Source of the DNA: Eledone cirrhosa | Taxonomy: Eukaryota | Reading direction: 5' to 3' | Length of the DNA: 64,000 nt | NCBI GenBank assembly: GCA_964016885.1 | Contig: OZ024747.1 | Span: 61,256,001 to 61,320,000, forward strand | Shown: one piece after another, positions 25,284-36,592 of the stretch | Numbering within the stretch: position 1 is the first letter of the stretch | How the letters are laid out: each line of letters opens with the position of its first letter | Position numbers and translations under genes: made by a program | The notes under the pieces: generated by a model | The model's database searches: none | The model's input: the letters and a program-made list of their open reading frames with translations, nothing else | What the model was told of the DNA's origin: nothing

Positions 25284-25654
25284 TGATTAATAAATGAGAT
25301 TAAAACTAAGGAGGAAAATAGCTTATGAAAGTTTGAGGAGAATATTGAATAACAACTAATTCTACAGAGGAGTAGATACACTAAGAGAAAAAGGACTTGG
25401 TATGGCAGAGTGTTTAGACAGAATACAAAAGCTCTCAAAGGGTTGAAATTGGATATAATATAATATAACGCTGTAAAGTGGTTGTGTAGGAGACACGGTA
25501 AAAAGGCTCCCAGTCTACACTGTAAATGTAGTTGGTGTTAGGAAGGGCATCCAGCCGTAGAAAAACCTGCTAGATACAGTCCTATATGGGTGAGCATGTC
25601 TCACCCAATCAATCTTGCTTCAAGTGAGACAATTCCCGTCTAACCCATACGGTC

Positions 25655-25866
25655 AGAGATATTTAAACATGTAGCTGAATGAGGTCAGAGAGGTTTAAAC
25701 ATGTAGGTGGATGATGCCAGAGAGGTCTTAACATGTAGGTGGCAAGATCAGAGAGATTTAAACATGCGGGTGGATAAGATCAGATAGATTTAAACATGTA
25801 GGTGGATGAGATCAGAGGGATTGAAACATGTAGGTGAATGAGATCAGAGAGGTTTAAACATGTAGG
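25655..25866. repeat. ~32-bp minisatellite (~7 units)
   Basis: Unit GAGATCAGAGAGGTTTAAACATGTAGGTGGAT. Confidence 0.9.
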
Positions 25867-26296
25867 CAGAACAGAAGTTGCAACTGAGTAGGAAGGGTAT
25901 CACCCAGCCATAGAAACGATGCCAAAATATGGAACATATGAGCAACACATACTCTGGCCTCTCTAGTCTTGGAGTGTGGCGACCCAGCCAAGCTATGCCA
26001 GCATGGAAAATGAACTCTGTAATGGGGTTGGTGTTAGGAAGGGCATCCAGCTAAAGAAAACTTGCCAAACAAAGTATAGTGAGGACCTTTTAGTGGTGCT
26101 ATGATAAAATGAACTCAGCAGAGTGTGGGATTGTAAGTCAGATGTTCAGCCCTTCAGAGCAATCAACAGAGTAGAGGAACATATGTAAATAGGATGTGTG
26201 TTACTCAGCCCATCTGGAGGTCAGTAGCTCCAATTAAGTACTGACTGGTCTGGGACAACATGTCCAACCCTTGCTAGCAGGGAAAATGTACATTAA

Positions 26297-26514
26297 CCCT
26301 TAACATTTAAACCAATGATATCTGGTCAGAATTCTCTCACTTCTTTCTATTCAAACCAACAATAACTGGCTGCTCATACTGATGTTAAGGTATTGTTCTC
26401 AAAATAAATAACATCAAAATCTTGTAGATTCACTATTATGAGATAATTATGTAAGATAAAGCCTTTACCATAAAAATACAATAGTATATAGGGAGTAATG
26501 TAAATGTTACAGGG
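26297..26514. mobile_element. piggyBac-type MITE
   Basis: TTAA|CCCT...AGGG|TTAA; homologous copy at ~12780-12985. Confidence 0.7.
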
Positions 26515-26904
26515 TTAAACAATGGTTTCTTATATAGGCACAAGGCCAGCAAAATTGGGGGAGAGAAAGTCGATTATATTGACCCCAGTGCATGACTGGT
26601 ACTTTATTTTATCGACCCCGTAAAGATGAAAGGCAAAGTTAACCACGGCGGAATTTGAACTCAGATCATGCCACAAAGCATGATGTCTGACGCTCTATCG
26701 ATACTGCCAATCCACCACCCTTACAAGGTTAAACGATGATGATGATGATGTTGATGATGATGATGATGATGATGATGATGTTGATGATTATGATGATGAT
26801 AGCTTTTCACAAAAATGCCAACTATTTTCCAGTTGGTCATTTCTATCATAGTTACATATCTGTAAATTAAGAAGTTATATATTAATTAATTAATTAATTA
26901 ATTT

Positions 26905-27150
26905 AGGATGATAATGATGATGGTGGTGATGGTGGTGTTTATGCTGATGATAATGGTGTTAGTTGTGGTGGTGGTAGCAGTGGTGATAGTGATGGTGGTG
27001 ATAGTGGTGGTGATGGTGGTGGTAGCAGTGGTGATAATGATGGTGGTGATAGTGGTGGTGATGATAGTGGTGGTGGTGGTAGCAGTGGTGATAGTGATGG
27101 TGGTGATAGTGGTGGTGGTGGTGGTAATGGTTGTGATAGTGGTAGTAAAT
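26905..27150. repeat. (GGT/GAT/AGT)n trinucleotide mosaic
   Basis: Read directly. Confidence 0.92.
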
Positions 27151-27924
27151 TGATAGTCATAAATGGTAAAGATTTATTGTGTTTTTCCCTGAAAGGATTC
27201 AATACATCTCCACTGATGAAATATGAAGTCCTGTCATTTCAACCATAAAGGTCAGCCATCTTGTATTTGTCACCTGTTGTGACAGTACAGTAGACTATCC
27301 TACCTCTAACAAATAACAACAATGGCTAAGGTGAATGATTACAAAAGATGTTTTCAACCAATAAGATACACACTTAATCATTGCCATATCCATCAACAGT
27401 GATGATGGAATAGTGATAAGAATGAAGGCCCCTTGTGTCCTTAATCAAAAACCCAAATTATGAAGGCCACTTACTTCCTCAATCTACAATATATCTTCAA
27501 TATTCAATATATCTTTTTGTATCTTCTCAATTAAAATGGAAACCAATTTACACCTCCCTTTTCTTCTCTTCTTCCTTCCGCTTTCTTTAACCCTTTAGTT
27601 ACCAACCCAAACAGAACCAGCTCTGGTTCTATGAAATAAAACCACCTCTCTTTTGTATAATTCACTCACCTTCTCTGGAAGAAATTGGTTGTGAGGGAAG
27701 GGCTCTTTCAGGTTTAAAATGCTTAACCCTTTAGTTACGAACCAGACTAAAACTGGCTCTGGTTCTATGAAATAATAAAACCACCCATTTTCAAGGTTTC
27801 CAATTTAAATTAAAATCTTCCAACATTTTATATAAGAAACTTGCATTAAATTACACATTTTTCATTAATCAATTAAAATAGAGTGTATTTCATTAGAGAT
27901 GCAGCCATGATAGAGTTAACCTGA

Positions 27925-28278
27925 ATGATTGACTAAATCAAGGCAGTGCCTTAACAATACTGTTGTCTAATGATAGAAATAAGTACTAGGGTCAATATGA
28001 TTGACTAAATCAAAGCAGTGCCTTAACAATGCTGCTATCTAATGATTGAAATAAGTACTAGGGTCAATATGATTGACTAAATCAAGAAAATGCATTAACA
28101 ATGTTGCAGTCTAATGATAGAAATAAGTACTAGGATCAATATGATTGACTAAATCAAGGCAGTGCCTTAACAATGCTGCAGTCTAATGATAGAAATAAGT
28201 ACTAGGGTCAACATGATTGACTAAATCAAGGCAGTTCCTCAGTAGTGCTGCAGTCTAATGATAGAAATGAGCAAAAGT
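27925..28278. repeat. 72-bp minisatellite (5 units)
   Basis: ATGATTGACTAAATCAA starts at 27925, 27997, 28069, 28141 and 28213. Confidence 0.95.
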
Positions 28279-28673
28279 ATCAACAACAACCAGAAAGAAA
28301 GCAAATAAATGCCTCCTTCTTCCACCAAATAAATAGATAAATAAATAAATGAATAAATAAATAAAATGGAAGTATATTTAGTGTTGGATTAACCAGACCA
28401 TTTTAAGATTCTTCGGAACAGGTCAGAGAGAAATGATCCTTCTTTGATTCTTAACTGCATTCTGCACTGTCCATCTATAAGATGTGATAAGTTAAACGAG
28501 ATCAAGACATAGATCTATTATTTATGACATACATAATAAATAAGAATGAGGGAGACCATTGAATGGCATAAATAATAAATAGGGAGACATTGAGAGATAT
28601 ATAGGTTGATAAGTTTAGAATGACTGACATTATATAAATACCAATACCATTGATTCTTATTTATATTCCTTAG

Positions 28674-28730
28674 ATGGGTTTTCCTGTGTCCACTGATGCA
28701 GAAAGAACACTGACGAAGTCCACTGAATGA
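28674..28730 (+). CDS. Candidate terminal coding exon (MGFPVSTDAERTLTKSTE*)
   Basis: Acceptor TTCTTATTTATATTCCTTAG, then 19 codons to TGA; phase 0, compatible with the 15595 microexon. Confidence 0.33.
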   Translation: MGFPVSTDAERTLTKSTE

Positions 28731-28924
28731 GGCTTCTGTCTTCTTATACACTTCTTCTTTTTCCTTTTCTTTTTCTTCTTCTTCTTTCCATCACCTTTTG
28801 TTCATACCTTTTCCTCCTTTATTTTTTTCTTTGTCCTCTACTTCCCCCTCCCCCTTATAATTCTGACAATGATGAAACCCAGAGATGGCAAAGTAAAGCC
28901 AAAATATATAATATGATTATGTTG

Positions 28925-30047
28925 TTGGAGTGGAGTAAAGCCAGAATATACAATGTTATGTAAAGTGAGTCAGGCTGGAGTGGAGTATAGTCTGTAAAGT
29001 GAGTGAGGCTGAGTGGAGTAGAGCCTGTAAAGTGAATGAGGCTGGAGTGGAGTAGAGCCTGTAAAGTGAGTGTGGCTGGAGTGGAATAGAGCCAGGATAT
29101 AGAATATGTTAGGTAAAGTGAGTAAGGCTGGAGTGGAGTATAGCCTGTAAAGTGAATGAGACTGGAGTGGAGTAAAGCCAATACATACATTATATCACGT
29201 AATGTGTTTTTTTTTTGTCATATAACATATGCTCAGTAGCTAGAGAGGCAAATGAAGACCAGCAAGTCAGACCAAGGTGTCATTTGCAGCATTATGGAGA
29301 GCCTCCAGGCCACCTGGGATACATTTGAGGGGGGGGGGGGGGGCAATCCCTGTCTGGTCAGGATCCCCAGTCACCTGCTGGGCTGTCTTTCATTTTCTAT
29401 CAATGGAGATGATGGGCTGTCTTGGCATGTGTTGAGCAGATCTGATTAAGGGACACCCATTGCTTTCTGGGAAGGTCCAAGCTAGCTGGTTTAGATGTGA
29501 GGTCCTAGATAAGGTCTTGGCTGGCAAATTTGGACACATTCCATGATTTTTGCCATGATCTTTGCCACTCTTCCTTCAAATCAAAGTTAGTGTCTTAAAG
29601 GGTGTTTATTGATCCCCGAATGCTGTATGTGATTTCAAGCACATGTTGGAGTAGAGCCAATATATAAAAAATTACTTGTTTTCGTTAATAATATGGTTGA
29701 GAATTTTCTGTAAAAACTATGGTTAAATGACAAGATTTCCTGTGAGATTGCTAAGCTAGGGAACATGATTATTATTTTACATGAAATCCAGCCCAGCATA
29801 TAACTGTAGCGACCTTCACCTGATAGTACTGTATGTTGTTCAGGATTTCCCCCTCAAATGTTTTCCCAGTGGCCTGGAGGCTCTCCATAATGCTGCAAAT
29901 GGCACCTTGGTCTGGCTCACCAGTCTTGACTTACCTCTCTAGCTACTGATCATATGTTATACGACAAAAAGAAGCCTCACTTTACTTGATATGATATATA
30001 TTCTAGCTCTACTCCACTCTAGCCTCACTCACTTTACAGGCGATACT
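28925..30047. repeat. ~34-bp tandem units plus ~210-bp inverted arms (29136-29345 / 29843-30047)
   Basis: GACCAAGGTGTCATTTGCAGCATTATGGAGAGCCTCCAGGCCAC recurs near-exactly in reverse complement ~600 bp downstream. Confidence 0.8.
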
Positions 30048-31275
30048 GTTACAAATACAACTGTTGAGTTAGGAATTTTGCTTCACAACCACATCATCTT
30101 TGTTTCCATCCCAATCCATGACATCTATTCTTAACTGGATACACATAAACAGTGATAATGATTTCTGATTTAGGCACAAGGCCAGCAATTGTTTTGGGGA
30201 GGGGGAAAGTTGATTAAATCGACGTCAGTACATTACTGGTACTTTATTTTAGTGACCCCGTAAAGATGAAAGGCAAAGCTAACCCTGGCAGTATTTGAAC
30301 TCAGAATGTTAAGGGCCGTAACTCTGTGCCGTTAATCATATTGTCCAATGCTCTACCAATACTGCCAATCCACCTATACAAACAATGATAATACAAATAA
30401 TTCTTTCTAAATTTGGCACAAGGTCAGCAATTTCTTTTGTGGGGTGGGGGTGAAGAATGTCGATTATATCCAGCCCTGTAGTAAACTGATTCTTTATTTT
30501 ATTGACTCTCAGAAGGATTTAAAGTAAAGTTGGCCTCAATTGAATTTGAACTCAGAATGTAAAGAGTCAAAACAGATATTTGTCTGATTCTTTAACAACT
30601 CTGCCAATTCACCAGTATGTATGTCACTTTGAGTGTGATATTTGTTAATGAGTCATTAATGCTTGCAGTAGTTAAATGGTTAGTATATTTTGGAAGGCAT
30701 CGTAGATGAATATCTAGCATTAAATCTTCTTCGTGTTTACACAGTTACTTTATATTTTTTCCAAAGATATCTTCAGCTGTTTTTTCTATCATCATAGTTT
30801 CGTGTCACCATTAAACGGTTTCAAACCTCAAGTCTAATTTGCCAAAAGAAATTTTTTTTTTATTTCGAAGGGGAAAAAAAAATTATTGCTTATCTATTTT
30901 TATTGCGTTTTATTTTTTCTATTAAGCACATCTTTTTGTGGATCAAATTTCTTTTTTAGTGTTTTCACTGCAATCTAAATTCTCAATCTTCACGGAAACG
31001 GAGTTCTTACTTTTGATGTTTTGAAATTTTATTTTTATTCTACTCACTATCCTCTCTCTTTCACCCACCCACCCCAAACTGATGCAGTAATTCACCTCTA
31101 AGACAGATAACAACAACAACACCAACAACAACAACATCAATAGCAACTATAACAACAACTGAAAAAGTAACTGACATTTAATTGACTGTAAATCATTCTT
31201 TTCAAGTGTGTGTTGATCTATCTATCTATCTATCCATCTAGCTATCTCTCTCTCTCTCTGTGTCTCTGTCTCTCC

Positions 31276-31315
<40 letters not shown>

Positions 31316-31354
31316 CTCTGTCTCTCTTTCTCTCTCTCTCAATATATATATACA

Positions 31355-31390
<36 letters not shown>

Positions 31391-31687
31391 CATACACACA
31401 CATGTGTATGTGAGAGTATATATATATATATATATATATACACATAAAATGATGATGATGGTGATACACATGTATGTAGTATATATATATATATAGATAT
31501 ATATATACACGTGTATTTATGTATATATATATATGGGGGGGGGGTGCATATGTGTGTGTGGGTGTGCTTACACATGCAAGTATGTATATTTTGTGTGTAT
31601 ATGGGATGTTGAATGTCAAATTGGAAAACAGTTTCTGTCAGACATTCAATTAAAGTTTGTGAAAGTAAGTGTAACATATCATTGGTT

Positions 31688-32092
31688 ACAACATGTAAAG
31701 TTGACATGTTAGGGGATACATGTAATGTTGACATGTTGGAGGATAGAACATGTAGGGTTGACATGTTGGAGGATAGAACATGTAATGTTGACATGTTGGA
31801 GGTTGAGAATGTAAGGGTTGTCATGTTGGAGGTCACCACATGTAAAGTGGACATGGTGGAGGTTACATCATGTTAAGTTGTCATGTTGGAGGTCACCACA
31901 TGTAAAGTGGACATGTTGGAGGTTACATCATGTTAAGTTGTCATGTTGGAGGTTACAGAAAGTAAGGTTGTCATGCTGGAGGTTACCACATGTAAAGTGG
32001 ACATGTTGGAGGTTACATCTTGTTAAGTTGTCTGTCATATTGGAGGTTACAGAATGTACGGTTGTCATGCTGGAGGTTACAACATGTAAGTG
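31688..32092. repeat. 30-bp minisatellite with partial 60-bp higher-order pattern
   Basis: Unit approx. ACATGTTGGAGGTTACAxCATGTAAAGTTG; alternating GTCACCAC/GTTACATC variants. Confidence 0.92.
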
Positions 32093-32517
32093 GATGATGG
32101 TGGGAAGGGTATCCAGCTGTAGAAACCATGCTGGAACCAGAACATGTGTAAAATATGGTTCCCAATCTGTTCAAGAGGACAGTAACTTCAGTAAAGTACT
32201 GACTTTGTCTGTGACAACCTGTCAAACCCATGCTAGCATGGAAAAACAGACATTAAACGAAGGATATATTTGTGTGGACATATATATTATATATATATAT
32301 GTTGTGAATGTACATGGCATAGTGGTTAGGGTGTTTCTCTGATATCCTGAGCTCCAGATGTATGTAGCCTCATTGTCTCAGCAGACAGAATAGAGAAGTG
32401 TTTCCATGGAGGATATTGAGGGAGATACATTGAAATAGACTTATGGGGCTCACTGACGTAAGTTACAATTCCAACCTAATAACAATGAGAAGAGATGTGG
32501 TTCGGTGACCCAGAATG

Positions 32518-33132
32518 CCAGAAGTCCCCACTCCTTTAAGTTACCAATTCCCACCAGAAGTCTCTACCCCTATAAATTATCAATTCCAACCAGACGTCTC
32601 CACCCCTATAAATTATCAATTCCCACCAGAAGTCTCCACCCCTATAAGTTATCAATTCCCACGAAGTCTCCACTCCTATAAGTTATCAATTCCCACCAGA
32701 ATTTATCAATTCCCACAAGAAGTCTCCACCCCTATAACTTATCAATTACAACCAGAAGTCTACACCCCTATAAGTTACCAATTCCCACCAGAAGTCTCCA
32801 CCCCTATAAGTTATCAATTCCCACCAGAATTCTCCACCCCTATAAATTATCAATTCCTATCAGAAGTCTCCACCCCTATAAATTATCAATTCCCACCAGA
32901 AGTCTCCACTCCTATAAGTTACCAATTCCCACCAGACGTCTCCACCCCTATAAGTTACCAATTCCCACCAGAAGTTTCCACCCCTATAAGTTATCAATTC
33001 CAACCAGAAGAGATGTGGTTCAGTCCCCCAAACTGCCAGAAGCCCCAGCAGCTATAGGTTATCAATTCCCACCAGAAGTCACCACCCCTATAGGTTATCA
33101 ATTCCAACCAGAAGTCCCCCACAGCTATAGGT
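32518..33132. repeat. 36-bp minisatellite (~16 units)
   Basis: Unit CCAGAAGTCTCCACCCCTATAAGTTATCAATTCCCA. Confidence 0.95.
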
Positions 33133-33184
33133 TCCACAACAAATCTATCAGAAAGGGACCAATACTTCAAAAGTTTCCAATCTG

Positions 33185-35900
33185 CAGCTTGTCAAGGAAC
33201 AAAACATGGTTCTATTACTGAATTGACCAGCTTGTCAGAGAACAAAACGTGGTTCCATTACTGAATTGACCAGCTTGTCAGGGAACAAAACATGGTTCTA
33301 TTAATGAATTGACCAGCTTGTCAGGGAACAAAACATGGTTCTATTACTGAATTGACCAGCTTGTCAGGGAACAAAACGTGGTTCTATTACTGAATTGACC
33401 AGCTTGTCAGGGAACAAAACGTGGTTCTATTACTAAATTGACCAGCTTCTCAGGAAACAAAACATGGTTCTATAACTGAATTGACCAGCTTGTCAGGGAA
33501 CAAAACGTGGTTCTATTACTGGATTGACCAGCTTGTCAGGGAACAAAACATGGTTCTATTACTGAATTGACCAGCTTGTCAGGGAACAAAACGTGGTTCT
33601 ATTACTGGATTGACCAGCTTGTCAGGGAACAAAACGTGGTTCTATTACTGAATTGACCAGCTTGTCAGGGAACAAAACGTGGTTCTATTACTGAATTGAC
33701 CAGCTTGTCAGGGAACAAAACGTGGTTCTATTACTGAATTGACCAGCTTGTCAGGGAACAAAACGTGGTTCTATTACTGAATTGACCAGCTTGTCAGGGA
33801 ACAAAACGTGGTTCTATTACTGAATTGACCAGCTTGTCAGGGAACAAAACGTGGTTCTATTACTGAATTGACCAGCTTGTCAGGGAACAAAACGTGGTTC
33901 TATTACTGAATTGACCAGCTTGTCAGGGAAGAAAACATTGTTCTATTACTGGATTGACCAGCTTGTCAGGGAACAAAACGTGGTTCTATTACTGAATTGA
34001 CCAGCTTGTCAGGGAAGAAAACATTGTTCTATTACTGGATTGACCAGCTTGTCAGGGAACAAAACATGGTTCTATTACTGGATTGACCAGCTTGTCAGGG
34101 AAGAAAACATGGTTCTGTTACTGAAATGACCAGATTGTCAGGGAACAAAACGTGGTTCTATTACTGAATTGACCAGATTGTCAGGGAACAAAACGTGGTT
34201 CTATTACTGGATTGACCAGCTTGTCAGGGAACAAAACGTGGTTCTTTTACTGGATTGACCAGCTTGTCAGAGAACAAAACGTGGTTCTATTACTGGATTG
34301 ACCAGCTTGTCAGGGAATAAAACATGGTTCTATTACTGGATTGACCAGCTTGTCAGGGAACAAAACGTGGTTCTATTACTGAATTGACCAGCTTGTCAGG
34401 GAAGAAAACGTGGTTCTATTACTGGATTGACCAGCTTGTCAGGGAACAAAACGTGGTTCTATTACTGGATTGACCAGCTTGTCAGGGAACAAAACGTGGT
34501 TCTATTACTGAATTGACCAGCTTGTCGGGGAACAAAACATGGTTCTATTACTGAATTGACCAGCTTGTCAGGGAACAAAATGTGGTTCTATTACTGAATT
34601 GACCAGCTTGTCAGGGAACAAAATGTGGTTCTATTACTGAATTGACCAGCTTGTCAGGGAACAAAACGTGGTTCTATTACTGAATTGACCAGCTTGTCAG
34701 AGAACAAAACATGGTTCTATTACTGGATTGACCAGCTTGTCAGGGAACAAAACGTGGTTCTATTACTGAATTGACCAGCTTGTCAAGGAACAAAACATGG
34801 TTCTATTACTGAATTGACCAGCTTGTCAGGGAACAAAACGTGGTTTTATTACTGAATTGACCAGCTTGTCAGGGAAGAAAACATGGTTCTATTACTGGAT
34901 TGACCAGCTTGTCAGGGAACAAAACGTGGTTCTATTACTGGATTGACCAGCTTGTCAGGGAACAAAACGTGGTTCTATAACTGAATTGACCAGCTTGTCA
35001 GGGAACAAAACGTGGTTCTATTACTGAATTGACCAGCTTGTCAGGGAACAAAACATGGTTCTATTACTGAATTGACCAGCTTGTCAGGGAACAAAACGTG
35101 GTTCTATTACTGAATTGACCAGCTTGTCAGGGAACAAAACATGGTTCTATTACTGAATTGACCAGCTTGTCAGGGAACAAAACATGGTTCTATTACTGAA
35201 TTGACCAGCTTGTCAGGGAACAAAACATGGTTCTATTACTGAATTGACCAGCTTGTCAGGGAACAAAACGTGGTTCTATTACTGAATTGACCAGCTTGTC
35301 AGGGAACAAAACATGGTTCTATTACTGAATTGACCAGCTTGTCAGGGAACAAAACATGGTTCTATTACTGAATTGACCAGCTTGTCAAGGAACAAAACGT
35401 GGTTCTATTACTGAATTGACCAGCTTGTCAGGGAACAAAACGTGGTTCTATTACTGAATTGACCAGCTTGTCAGGGAACAAAACATGGTTCTATTACTGA
35501 ATTGACCAGCTTGTCAGGGAACAAAACATGGTTCTATTACTGAATTGACCAGCTTGTCAGGGAACAAAACGTGGTTCTATTACTGAATTGACCAGCTTGT
35601 CAGGGAACAAAACGTGGTTCTATTACTGAATTGACCAGCTTGTCAGGGAACAAAACATGGTTCTATTACTGAATTGACCAGCTTGTCAGGGAACAAAACA
35701 TGGTTCTATTACTGAATTGACCAGCTTGTCAGGGAACAAAACATGGTTCTATTACTGAATTGACCAGCTTGTCAGGGAACAAAACGTGGTTCTATTACTG
35801 AATTGACCAGCTTGTCAGGGAACAAAACATGGTTCTATTACTGAATTGACCAGCTTGTCAGGGAACAAAACATGGTTCTATTACTGAATTGACCAGCTTG
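33185..35900. repeat. 43-bp satellite array (~63 units)
   Basis: Unit GACCAGCTTGTCAGGGAACAAAAC(A/G)TGGTTCTATTACTG(A/G)ATT, head-to-tail, no spacers. Confidence 0.98.
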
Positions 35901-36002
35901 CTGCTAGAGAAAGGGTTGAGGTCAGCAGATAGTAATAGCAATGGTAAGACCAACAGATGAATCATTTCTGTGGTCTACTCTAACAATCGGCTACTTGCTT
36001 CA

Positions 36003-36592
36003 GTCTGTGTATATATTCATGTGTGTGTGTGTGGGTCTTTATATATTCCTGTGTGTGTGTCTGTTTATATATATGTGTGTGTGTTAATTTATATATTCGG
36101 GTGTTTGTATGTGTCTTTCTATATTCGTGTGTGTGTGTGTGTGTATATTCATGTGTGTGTGTGTGTGTGTGTCTGTATATATTCATGTGTGTGTGTGTGT
36201 GTATATATATTGATGTGTGTGTATGTCTGTTTATATATTCATGAGTGTGTGTGTCTGTATATATTCGTGTGTGTGTGTGTGTGTGTATATATTTGTGTGT
36301 GTGTGTGTGTGTATATATTCATGTATGTGTGTATGTCTGTTTTTATATTCATGTGTGTGTATGTGTGTATATATATATTCATGAGTGTGTGTATCTGTTT
36401 ATATATTCATGTGTGTGTGTGTCTGTTTATATATTCATGTGTGTGTGTGTCTGTTTATATATTCATGTGTGTGTGTGTGTGTGTGTATATATTCATGAGT
36501 ATGTGGGTATATACTCATGTGTGTCTGTTTATATATTTGTGTGTGTGTGTGTGTGTATTCATGTGTGTCTGTTTATATATGTGTGTGTGTAG
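36003..36592. repeat. (TG)n-TATATTCA compound microsatellite
   Basis: Read directly. Confidence 0.93.

Noticed and set aside
27196-27250. 55-nt AG...GT-bounded segment
   Set aside because: Stops in all three frames
32515-33221. PEVSTPISYQFP repeat protein
   Set aside because: The 36-bp unit keeps frame trivially; internal frameshifts are present; no non-repetitive coding context
33185-35900. CRISPR-like regular array
   Set aside because: Head-to-tail units with no unique spacers, no cas genes, eukaryotic context
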